A DNA stretch of 64,000 nt from NCBI GenBank assembly GCA_040905565.1, contig JBBDRF010000021.1, positions 1 through 64,000 on the forward strand, in the 5' to 3' direction. Positions 32,369 through 40,743 of this stretch are shown one piece after another; within the stretch, counting starts at the first letter, position 1; the number at the start of each line of letters is the position of its first letter. This DNA is from Phycisphaeraceae bacterium. GTDB lineage: Bacteria; Planctomycetota; Phycisphaerae; Phycisphaerales; Zrk34. The notes beneath the pieces were generated by a model, which searched no databases, had not been told where the DNA came from, and was given only the letters and a program-made list of their open reading frames with translations. The translations under genes were made by a program, and so were the position numbers.

Positions 32369-32405
32369 GCAGGTTGATACCAGAGTTGTCAATCGTGTTA
32401 AACGA

Positions 32406-33200
32406 TCAATCGGCGAGACCGGGCACTTCAATCTTGAAGTACTGATCGCGCCAGCCATCCTGCTGAGCGCCGCGGCTGATCTCGTCGCGGTTATGCCAGC
32501 GAACGCTACCATCCTCGAACAGGAAGTTGGCGCCGGCGAAGGTGTCGGTTTCGCCGTTGCCCCTCATGTGGTTGGCGGTGGGGACGCCGTCGTCCGTCAT
32601 GAACACGCCGTTGAGAGCCTGAAGGACGTCGCTCATCAGGGGCGCTTTCGAGAACGCACCGTCGTAGGTGATCTTCGTGACCCAGGGGCGCGTGCCGTCC
32701 CAAATGTTAATGTTTCCGGGAGGGCTGTTGCGGTTGGGCAGCGTGTAGTAGCCGAGCGTTAAGTGAGTCTGATCCTGGGGATCCGTCAGGTCAGGCTGGG
32801 CTGAATGCCTGCGCTCTTGCTGCTCCGTCGGACAGGTCAAGATGTTGTTCTCGCCATTTCGGATGGCGTCCGCATCATAACCGGTGAGGTAATCAGCGAC
32901 GAACTCGTGATACTCGCCGTTCCAGTAGGGGGGCTCTGTCCGGTAGAGGCCGTCGGGGCTACCACCGTTGAGGGGGAAGCGGTTGTTGTGATCGTTCGCC
33001 CAGATAGCCAGGCTGCTGCCCCACTGCCTGAGGTTGGACGCACAGGAGACCTTCAGCGCCTCCTGCCTGGCACGACCGAGAGCCGGCAACAGAATGGCCA
33101 TCAGAAGGGCAATGATACCTACCACAACTAAGAGCTCAATCAGGGTGAAGCCGACGATACGACGACGGCACGCACTATTACGGACAGAGAAACGTTTCAT
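32406..33200 (-). CDS. Prepilin-type cleavage/methylation protein (DUF1559-like), copy 3
   Basis: GAAGGA RBS before ATG 33200; [29 protein letters not shown]. Confidence 0.93.
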   Translation of the reverse strand: MKRFSVRNSACRRRIVGFTLIELLVVVGIIALLMAILLPALGRARQEALKVSCASNLRQWGSSLAIWANDHNNRFPLNGGSPDGLYRTEPPYWNGEYHEFVADYLTGYDADAIRNGENNILTCPTEQQERRHSAQPDLTDPQDQTHLTLGYYTLPNRNSPPGNINIWDGTRPWVTKITYDGAFSKAPLMSDVLQALNGVFMTDDGVPTANHMRGNGETDTFAGANFLFEDGSVRWHNRDEISRGAQQDGWRDQYFKIEVPGLAD

Positions 33201-34050
33201 TGAGATTCCTTCCGGCGACATGGCCGGGACTGCGAACAACTCCTGCAAGCTTATTCAAACTTGCGAATAGATTAGTCGGCAAGGCCGGGGACCGCGATTT
33301 TGAAGTACTGATCGCGCCAGCCATCCTGTACAGCACCGCGGCTGATCTCGTCGCGGTTATGCCAGCGGACGCTGCCATCCTCGAACAAGAAGTTCGCGCC
33401 GGCGAAAGTGTCCGTTTCGCCGCTGCCCCTCATGTGGTTCGCGCTGGGCACGTCGTTGTAGATAAACTCGCCGTTGAAAGCCTGAAGAACGTCGCTCATC
33501 AGAGGCGCTTTCGAGAACGCACCGTCGTAGGTGATCTTCGTGACCCAAGGGCGGGTGCCGTCCCACGTGGTGATGTTTCCGGGAGGGCTGTTGCGGTTGG
33601 GCAGCGTGTAGTAGCCGAGCGTCAAGTGGGTCTGGTCCTGGGGATCGCTCAGGTCAGGCTGATTTGTGTGGTTGCGCTCGTTCTGCTCGGTCGGGCAGGT
33701 CAAGATGTTGTTCTCACCACTTCGGATCGCCTCCGCATCGAACCCAGTGAGGTAATCAGCGACGAACTCGTGATACTCGCCGTTCCAGTAGGGGGGCTCT
33801 GTCCGGTAGAGGCCGTCGGGGCTACCACCGTTGAGGGGGAAGCGGTTGTTGTGATCGTTCGCCCAGATAGCCAGGCTGCTGCCCCACTGCCTGAGGTTGG
33901 ACGCACAGGAGACCTTCAGCGCCTCCTGCCTGGCACGACCGAGAGCCGGCAACAGAATGGCCATCAGAAGGGCAATGATACCTACCACAACCAAGAGCTC
34001 AATCAGGGTGAAGCCGACGATACGACGACGGCACGCGCTATTACGGACAG
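32884..34050. repeat. Direct repeat: 32884-33187 matches 33747-34050 (304 bp, 2 mismatches) inside a larger tandem duplication
   Basis: Manual alignment at offset 863; mismatches only at 33129/33992 and 33174/34037. Confidence 0.92.
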
Positions 34051-34063
34051 GTTTACGTTCCAT
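33272..34063 (-). CDS. Prepilin-type cleavage/methylation protein (DUF1559-like), copy 4
   Basis: Tandem paralogue of copy 3; AAAGGA RBS. Confidence 0.93.
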   Translation of the reverse strand: MERKPVRNSACRRRIVGFTLIELLVVVGIIALLMAILLPALGRARQEALKVSCASNLRQWGSSLAIWANDHNNRFPLNGGSPDGLYRTEPPYWNGEYHEFVADYLTGFDAEAIRSGENNILTCPTEQNERNHTNQPDLSDPQDQTHLTLGYYTLPNRNSPPGNITTWDGTRPWVTKITYDGAFSKAPLMSDVLQAFNGEFIYNDVPSANHMRGSGETDTFAGANFLFEDGSVRWHNRDEISRGAVQDGWRDQYFKIAVPGLAD

Positions 34064-34391
34064 GTGGGATTTCCTTTCGGGGACATGGCCGAGTTTGCGA
34101 CCAGAGCTATCTATCCTCTACCTTGTCAGGTGTGGATCAATTGGCATCAAGCCGTCACTCACTATCGCTTGCGAAGAATGCAGAACGTTGAAACGTGCGG
34201 GTAACGTTCTTGACCTCTCTCCACCCTCCTCTCCGACAGACCCTCAACATCAGACGCGGTCCAGCACAAAAGGAGCCGCCGTCTGATCGGGTTTTCTAGA
34301 CACGCCTTCTCGTTTTAGGCGTGAAGCCTCAAAGTATGCGCCTCAATTAGAACAACGTGAATCGGGTAAATATCGATCACTTCTTTAACTG

Positions 34392-34419
34392 ATTGTAAAG
34401 CCTTCTGCTGCCGGGTCAA
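34392..34419 (-). promoter_or_regulatory. sigma70-type promoter for the tandem prepilin pair
   Basis: TTGACC-16 bp-TACAAT with an AT-rich upstream tract containing the palindrome ATAAAA-cga-TTTTAT (34434-34448). Confidence 0.6.
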
Positions 34420-34516
34420 TTGGTTTTTGTTATATAAAACGATTTTATCTAATCTTTTTATGAAGCAATTACGGACTCATTTGTTAGTACAAACGAGAAT
34501 CGGCAGAACGCGTTGG

Positions 34517-36190
34517 TCATTCATCCGCCATCGCATCGCGTTCGTAGATCGTCAGCACCTGATTCGGCTGCACGTTTGTCAACTCCTGCTCAAGACCGCT
34601 CGGCCACCTGATATGGATGTGGTCGACCGTCCCCTCTAGATCGCCCAGCCCGAAGTGGGCCGTGGTCTCGTTATGGGCAAGAAAGTTTCCTCCAAGGTTC
34701 ACATCATGGACCATGGAGAAACTTTCGCTTCTGCGTGGAATCACGGTGATGAATGCGCCGATGCCCATCCGGTTGGAAACCTCTCCCACCGTCTTAATGC
34801 GGAGCCATTTATTTGTTCCGCCGTTGTTGCGGTACAGCACGGGTTCGGCGGCGTTGTTGATCACCAGGATGTCCTGGTAACCATCATTGTCGAAGTCCGC
34901 CACGAGCAGGCCTCGACCTTGCCCGCGGTCGGTCAGCCCCGCCTCGCTGGAGATTTCCTCAAACTTATAGCCGTCGCTTTCGCCGCGGTTGCGCCAGAAG
35001 CGCATTTGTCTTTCTTCGAAGGGCGAATCGCGGAAACCATTGACCATGACCAGATCCCGGACACCGTTATTGTTGGCATCGATAAAAGCCGGTGCCCATC
35101 CCCACGCGCCTTCGCGGACGCCGAGGTCGGTCTGATCGCTGAAGTAGATCCCTTCGATGCCCCATCGCATTTCGTTGCGGTAGAGTCGATTGCCGTTGCC
35201 GTTTCCGGCGCCGCCGTAGATAGACGTGGTAAACCAGTCGAGCCAGCCATCGTTGTTGTAGTCGGCTACGGTTGAGCCCATCTCATTATGGCCCGTGCCG
35301 GTGCCCATTTTGTTGGTGACATCAACGAAGGTTCCGTCGCCCTGATTTCTCAGGTACTGACTTTTTCCATAATCGTTGATGACCAGCAGGTCCATCAAAC
35401 CATTCATATCCAAGTCGGCGAATCGAGCGGTAAAACCGTGTTCGTTCTTAGGAGTATCAAGGCCGGCCTGTTTGGTGACGTCGTCGAAATACGCGGGGGC
35501 TTCGGCTCCACGGTTGCGATAGAGCCTGTTCATCGGTCGGTTCAGGCGGTAGTTGGGCGTTTCACGTCGGCGGTCCCACTCGTTGATGAACACATCAAGA
35601 TAGCCGTCGTTGTTATAGTCGCCTGCCGTGACGCCCATGCCGAAGTGCGTCAGCCATTCGTCTTCGGGAAAGGCGTGGGCGGTGCCGCGCTCCTCGCCCT
35701 GTTCGATAAGTTTGCCGTTGCCGTCATTGATGAATAGCAGGTGACGATGGCCTCCGGAAACGCTTACGACGAGGTCCAAATGTCCGTTGTTATTCAGGTC
35801 CGCCAGCAGAGCGCCGTTGGTATGGGCATTGATGCGATCTGGGCCGAAGACTTCTTCGGAGACGTCGACGAACGTGCCGTCGCCCATGTTCTTGTACATG
35901 ATATCCGTGTCATCCTGGCGGGTGACGAACAGGTCGGCTCGACCGTTGCCGAAGAAGTCTCCTACCGCCGCACCGCCGGTCAGGAAGTAGACTTCCATGC
36001 GGTCTTGTTGCCGGCGCTGGACATGCGTCAGGCCCGCCTCCTTGGTGACGTCGGTGAAGGCGATATCCTCTGCGGCCGCCGTGCCGCTCATCATGCATAT
36101 CGAAGGAAGGACGATGGTCATCAGCAAGGCCTGATAGAGATAGGCTCTGCTATGCTTCCACCGTTGTCTGATCGAGGATTGGATGCGCAT
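34517..36190 (-). CDS. CRTAC1-like FG-GAP/VCBS repeat protein with C-terminal ASPIC/UnbV domain
   Basis: Signal peptide; seven D-x-N/D-x-D/N-G-x-x-D-like repeats (e.g. DYNNDGYLD, DFDNDGYQD); C-terminal SNRMGIGA..AHFGLG..IRWPSG. Confidence 0.9.
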   Translation of the reverse strand: MRIQSSIRQRWKHSRAYLYQALLMTIVLPSICMMSGTAAAEDIAFTDVTKEAGLTHVQRRQQDRMEVYFLTGGAAVGDFFGNGRADLFVTRQDDTDIMYKNMGDGTFVDVSEEVFGPDRINAHTNGALLADLNNNGHLDLVVSVSGGHRHLLFINDGNGKLIEQGEERGTAHAFPEDEWLTHFGMGVTAGDYNNDGYLDVFINEWDRRRETPNYRLNRPMNRLYRNRGAEAPAYFDDVTKQAGLDTPKNEHGFTARFADLDMNGLMDLLVINDYGKSQYLRNQGDGTFVDVTNKMGTGTGHNEMGSTVADYNNDGWLDWFTTSIYGGAGNGNGNRLYRNEMRWGIEGIYFSDQTDLGVREGAWGWAPAFIDANNNGVRDLVMVNGFRDSPFEERQMRFWRNRGESDGYKFEEISSEAGLTDRGQGRGLLVADFDNDGYQDILVINNAAEPVLYRNNGGTNKWLRIKTVGEVSNRMGIGAFITVIPRRSESFSMVHDVNLGGNFLAHNETTAHFGLGDLEGTVDHIHIRWPSGLEQELTNVQPNQVLTIYERDAMADE

Positions 36191-36235
36191 GGTGCGAAGC
36201 TCCGCTAGGTGTCGATTCAGAAAACGGGTAGCGTC

Positions 36236-37687
36236 TTACTCGACGGGACGGAGATAGTTTTCGAACACGTACTTCCCAATCGCCCGGCCGAGCAATTGGC
36301 CGTCGCGGTTGGCGAATTCATAGTGGATCCCACCGTAGATTCGGCTTCGGCCTGCTTCCTCCGCCGCCTCTGTAAAGCTGGTGAAGGTGCGCTCTTCGTC
36401 GGCGATAGCGTCGTCGCCTGTGATGGTGAAGGTGACGTTATCCGTGCCGAAGAACCGCGACAGCACGGCTGCCCCCACACCGCAGGCGGTGCTATGACCG
36501 CTCACGTATTCAGGATGCTGTGAAGTTGGGATCATCGGGAGCCAGTCCGCGTCGGGGTGGTTCTCATCCTCAATACCCGATCGGACGGCATGCACCGGTC
36601 GCCAAAGATTGTGTTCATACTTGAAATACCAGCAGGCAGACGTTGCATCGACGCCCGCGAGCTTGAATAGCGTGTAAAGCCGCGAGGCCTCCTCCAGATC
36701 GAGCTCACGCTCGGCGACCAGATAATCGATGATGCGGCACCAGTCGCCGGCCGGCGTGATGGTCCCGAGCGAATTCTTCCCGCCATCCGGCTGCAGTCCT
36801 TTGGACGCCCAGAAGAAAGCTGTCCTGTACTGGTAGTCCACCTCCGGCGGCAGCTCGCCGCCGGGATAATTGGCCGGGTTGTACCGCTCACGCCTGCCCA
36901 GTTCACGCACCTCCGCCAGATCACGCTTCCACTCTTCGCTATCCAATGAAGGAGGCCCGGGGACCATGAACTGAGTGATCCGCTCCAGTACGAACGGCTC
37001 GATGCGATGGCCCCAGTACGGCTCCGCCGCATAGATATTTGCGTCAGGGGTCAACTCGTCCATGCGGTAACGACCCTTTTTGACGATGAAGTCGTCATAC
37101 TCTTCGGTGATGTGCGAACCGTCTTCTTCGCGCCAACGCAGCATCGCCTCGCCGACCTCTCGCCCCCATGCCATGCCGGCCCGCATCTTCTTCTCGGTCA
37201 GATCCCCCGCACGGATCCGCTCCATCAGCCGGACCAGTTCTGTCTGCCTCGCTGAGTTGAGCACGTTCTGGGTTTGCGCCACGATGCCTCGGCCGGCCAA
37301 CTCACCTCCATGCTCACCGAAGAGCCCCTCGAGCACCACGAAGGCAGCTTCCATGGTCGCCGCCTCACGCGAAGCAGGCGTCTGCTCCTCTCGCGTCATT
37401 CGGTAGGGCTCGTACCGCCCGGAGATGCCGTTGATGGCGTCGAAGATCGCGCCGTGCATCATCGCCGCGGCACGCGCACTACGCACCGCCGTGTCTCCGC
37501 TGCGCTGGGGGCGATTCTCACGGTCGTACCGGTTGAGCTCTCGAAGCATCCGGTACATCGTGTCGTTCCAATGCTGAAGCACATGCGCGGCGTCTGGTTT
37601 TTCCGCCGCTCTCACTGCCTGAGGCGCCGCGAGGAACACCAGCAAAATCGCGCCAACAAAGAACGCAGATAGTCGTGACCTGATCAT
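36236..37687 (-). CDS. Vanadium-dependent haloperoxidase / PAP2 superfamily protein, secreted
   Basis: K-x6-RP (KYEHNLWRP), HPEYVSGHS, SRIYGGIHY; signal peptide; GGAG RBS before ATG 37687. Confidence 0.85.
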   Translation of the reverse strand: MIRSRLSAFFVGAILLVFLAAPQAVRAAEKPDAAHVLQHWNDTMYRMLRELNRYDRENRPQRSGDTAVRSARAAAMMHGAIFDAINGISGRYEPYRMTREEQTPASREAATMEAAFVVLEGLFGEHGGELAGRGIVAQTQNVLNSARQTELVRLMERIRAGDLTEKKMRAGMAWGREVGEAMLRWREEDGSHITEEYDDFIVKKGRYRMDELTPDANIYAAEPYWGHRIEPFVLERITQFMVPGPPSLDSEEWKRDLAEVRELGRRERYNPANYPGGELPPEVDYQYRTAFFWASKGLQPDGGKNSLGTITPAGDWCRIIDYLVAERELDLEEASRLYTLFKLAGVDATSACWYFKYEHNLWRPVHAVRSGIEDENHPDADWLPMIPTSQHPEYVSGHSTACGVGAAVLSRFFGTDNVTFTITGDDAIADEERTFTSFTEAAEEAGRSRIYGGIHYEFANRDGQLLGRAIGKYVFENYLRPVE

Positions 37688-37870
37688 TGCCTCATCTCCA
37701 AATCCCGCGGGCGCTCGACGCCGACCCCGCAGAAGCTTAGATTCCATATACGGGCAAAAAACTACAAAAACCCGCTACATACTCAAGAAACTCATCGCCG
37801 TCTAAACTGCTCTCTTGCAATCAACATGATCGAGCAGGGATGTAGCCCAAGACTTGCTTCCTCCTTACTG

Positions 37871-37898
37871 ATTTTACCGCGTTCTTCTGCGATGACAA
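37871..37898 (-). promoter_or_regulatory. Candidate sigma70 promoter of the haloperoxidase operon
   Basis: TTGTCA-16 bp-TAAAAT with an AT-rich upstream tract. Confidence 0.5.
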
Positions 37899-38181
37899 TC
37901 ATTCGTTTGTATAAAGATCGCAGTTTTATTTACGAACTGTGCAATAAAATCTTCCCGGTGCTCGGCGATTGCAGCAGATCCACAGGGAGGGGAGGGTAGC
38001 AGAACCATCGGAGGTGGACGAAGGAAGGGGAGGGAGGGCCAGACGACCGGCAGTCTCGGCGAGGCTTCTCAAAGGCGGGAAGCCGTCCCGGCTGGTCTGC
38101 CGGGAGGTGGCGACACAGTCCGGCGGAGCCGGGACGCGGATATCGCTAAGAAATGAACTCGGCGGGGGTAAGAAAAGAAAG

Positions 38182-38256
38182 GGTGGCTGAGGGGATTTGA
38201 ACCCCCGACCCCCTGGACCACAACCAGGTGCTCTAACCAACTGAGCTACAGCCACC
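38182..38256 (-). tRNA. tRNA-His(GUG)
   Basis: GGTGGCTGTAGCTCAGTTGGTTAGAGCACCTGGTTGTGGTCCAGGGGGTCGGGGGTTCAAATCCCCTCAGCCACC; encoded G-1, C73, anticodon GTG; CCA end not encoded. Confidence 0.97.
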
Positions 38257-38292
38257 GCATGCCGATCTTCGATTGATCGGTGCGAAGAGTGA

Positions 38293-38321
38293 AATTTAGC
38301 CGCTCGCACGCGAGGTGTCAA
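38293..38321 (-). promoter_or_regulatory. sigma70 promoter of tRNA-His
   Basis: TTGACA-17 bp-TAAATT about 35 bp upstream of the tRNA. Confidence 0.7.
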
Positions 38322-38401
38322 ACGCCCCGTGCCGGTGTAAAGTAGGTCCCCCGGGCAGCGATCGTGATGCTGCCGGCGTGTTGTGCCTGAAGGAGCGGAC
38401 T

Positions 38402-40030
38402 GTGCTGGTTTTGAACATCATCCAAGGCCCGGATAAGGGGCGGCAGTTTGAGTTGCCCGACGATGAGCCGCAGCTGATCGGGCGGAGCAGCGAAGCCCTG
38501 CCGCTGACCGATCCCACGATCTCACGCCGGCATGCCGAGCTGACGCCCGACGATGGCAACTGGGTTGTCCATGACCTGTCCTCCGCCAACGGCACCTACG
38601 TCAACGGCACGCGCATCATGAAGCCGACCGTCCTTCGGGCCGGCGACCAGGTCCGCACCGGCTCCACGCTGTTCGTCTTCGGGCGCACGCCTGCCGTTGC
38701 TGCCAAGCCGGTGCGCGTGCTGGCTGCGGGCCGGATCGACGCTTCGGTCGAAGCCACCGTGTCGTCCAATGATGATTCGCTGATCATGGCTTCGCCAGAA
38801 CCCTCAGCCGCGGCGGCAGGGCACCTGAAAATCCTCTACGACCTGATGCAGTTGATCGGCTCGATCTTCGATCGGCAACTGCTGCTCGAACGCGTTATGG
38901 ATCTGGTCTTCGAGCACTTCGCGCCGGACCGCGGCTTTGTGCTGCTGGGCGGGCCTGAGGATCTCAAGCCCGAGCCCGTGGTGGTGCGCTATCGCATGGC
39001 GCAGCCGACGGAGGAGGACAGCCGATTCACCGTCAGCCGAACGATTGTGCAGCATGTGATGACGCGCGTGGAGGGGGTGCTTTCGAGCAATGCGATGTCC
39101 GACCGTCGCTTCTCAGCCGGCGAAAGCATCCAGGCGTACGGCATCCGTTCCGCGATTTGCGTGCCGTTGAAGTTCCGCGAGCGCATCTTCGGCGTAATCT
39201 ACATCGATTCAAAAATCGCCAACTACACCTTTACCGAAGATCAGCTTCGGCTGATGACCGCCATCGGCGCCCAGACGGGGTTGGCGCTGGCGAACGCCGA
39301 CCTTTATCAGCAGGGCCTGGCGCAGGCGCGTTTGGCAGCGGTGGGGGAGACGGTGGCCTCGCTGTCGCATTCCATTCGCAACATGCTCCAGGCTTTGCGT
39401 GGCGGGGCGGAAGTCGTGGAACTGGGGCTTCGTAAGAAAGATCTGGAGTGCGTTTCGAGCGGCTGGGAAGTGCTTTCACGCAACCTTGATCGCATCTTCG
39501 ATCTGACGATGAACATGCTCGCGTTCTCGAAGCAGCGGAAGCCTGAGTTCGACAATGTCGATCTCGCGGAACTGGTCAAGGAAGTCAGCGAACTGATGCG
39601 GCCGCAGTTCGAGAAGCGAAACGTGAAGCTGATCACCAACTGCCACCCCGAGCTGCCGATGGTTCCAGCGGATGTCAATGGCTTGCATCAGGTGATCGTG
39701 AACCTGCTCGGCAACGCGCTGGATGCGGTGGAACCGGAGGACGGCTGCGTCACGCTGGAGTGCAGCTTCGATGAGGGACGCCAGCGTGCGACGATCCTGG
39801 TCAGCGACAACGGCGAGGGCATTGAGGAGGAGAACCTGAAGCAGGTCTTTACGCCGTTCTACTCCACCAAGGGCCTGCGCGGAACGGGGCTCGGTCTGGC
39901 GGTGGCGAAGAAGATCATTCAGGAGCACGGCGGCGCGATCGATATGAAATCAGAGACCGGCCAGGGGACGCGATTCACCATCACGCTTTCGGCGCAGAAT
40001 CGCATCGATCCGGCGGCGACGGCAGGATGA
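38402..40030 (+). CDS. FHA-GAF sensor histidine kinase
   Basis: FHA (IGR..ISRRHA..SANGTYVNG), GAF (RSAICVPL..GVIYID), H-box SHSIRN, N-box NLLGNA, DNGEG, GTGLGL; GTG start after AAGGAG. Confidence 0.92.
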   Translation: MLVLNIIQGPDKGRQFELPDDEPQLIGRSSEALPLTDPTISRRHAELTPDDGNWVVHDLSSANGTYVNGTRIMKPTVLRAGDQVRTGSTLFVFGRTPAVAAKPVRVLAAGRIDASVEATVSSNDDSLIMASPEPSAAAAGHLKILYDLMQLIGSIFDRQLLLERVMDLVFEHFAPDRGFVLLGGPEDLKPEPVVVRYRMAQPTEEDSRFTVSRTIVQHVMTRVEGVLSSNAMSDRRFSAGESIQAYGIRSAICVPLKFRERIFGVIYIDSKIANYTFTEDQLRLMTAIGAQTGLALANADLYQQGLAQARLAAVGETVASLSHSIRNMLQALRGGAEVVELGLRKKDLECVSSGWEVLSRNLDRIFDLTMNMLAFSKQRKPEFDNVDLAELVKEVSELMRPQFEKRNVKLITNCHPELPMVPADVNGLHQVIVNLLGNALDAVEPEDGCVTLECSFDEGRQRATILVSDNGEGIEEENLKQVFTPFYSTKGLRGTGLGLAVAKKIIQEHGGAIDMKSETGQGTRFTITLSAQNRIDPAATAG

Positions 40031-40055
40031 ACCGGAGTGGTGGTGGCGGGGGGGG

Positions 40056-40727
40056 TCAGTCGTCCCAGCCGCTGCCGACGGCACGGGGCTCGTGACGGTA
40101 GAACAGGCGTGCCACGTCTTCGCCTGTTTTCTGTGCGAGCGTCTGGGCGAGAACGGCGGCGGTGCCGCGCGACTCCTGCTGCGTGCGGAAGAACATGGTG
40201 GTGGTCACTCGCGTGCCGTAGTCGTCCCGGGCGGGAAACAGCCGCTGGCCCGTCTCGACATCAATCAGCTTTACGCGAACGATCGCACGTGGTCGGTAGG
40301 TCTCGGTTTTCGTGGGCTCACTGCTCTGAAACTGTTCGACCCGGATATAAAGGACCTGCTCGGCCTCAACATGACGCCCGACCCGATCGATCGGCCAATC
40401 ACTGAAATCCGGCTCATTCAGCCGTGCCGTGGCCAGTCGATTGCCGGCGACGAAGGTGGTGATGACCTCCTCTTGCGTGAGATTATGTCGAACCGCAGCG
40501 ACAAGCGTGGCACGCAGCGAAGATTGCGGCAGCACGTTTCCAGGATCGTCGACGAAAACCACCGTCGTTCGGTCGGCCGGGGTGTAGGCTGCGGGAATTC
40601 TGTCCGGCGGCATGAACGCATCCAGCAGGAAACCGGGAGCCGCGCAACCGACCAGCACCAAGGGGAGCAGGAATGCTGGGGCAAGGCGGCCGATGCGCGA
40701 AAGCCTGAATGAATCGTGAATCATCAT
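40056..40727 (-). CDS. Hypothetical lipoprotein
   Basis: Lipobox LVGC; similar to the neighbouring 40744-41400 protein. Confidence 0.8.
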   Translation of the reverse strand: MMIHDSFRLSRIGRLAPAFLLPLVLVGCAAPGFLLDAFMPPDRIPAAYTPADRTTVVFVDDPGNVLPQSSLRATLVAAVRHNLTQEEVITTFVAGNRLATARLNEPDFSDWPIDRVGRHVEAEQVLYIRVEQFQSSEPTKTETYRPRAIVRVKLIDVETGQRLFPARDDYGTRVTTTMFFRTQQESRGTAAVLAQTLAQKTGEDVARLFYRHEPRAVGSGWDD

Positions 40728-40743
40728 CTCTTCTCCAGCGACA

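Noticed and set aside
32406..34063. Diversity-generating retroelement (TR/VR pair) as the cause of the prepilin repeat
   Set aside because: Differences involve all four bases and are largely synonymous rather than adenine-specific. Both copies are intact genes and no reverse transcriptase is present in the window.
34064..34105. c-di-GMP-I riboswitch-like words (GGTCGCAAAC, CCGAAAGG) before prepilin copy 4
   Set aside because: The elements are in the wrong order, GAAAGG is simply the RBS, and the homologous region of copy 3 does not keep them.
37986..37996. Possible pairing of the C-rich tRNA trailer with the GGAGAGGAGGG run in the prepilin leader
   Set aside because: An 11-nt low-complexity match with one mismatch is easily explained by chance.
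38182..38256. tRNA-His as the attachment site of an integrated element
   Set aside because: I saw no duplicate of the tRNA 3' end and no integrase in the window. An island with its other end outside the window cannot be excluded.
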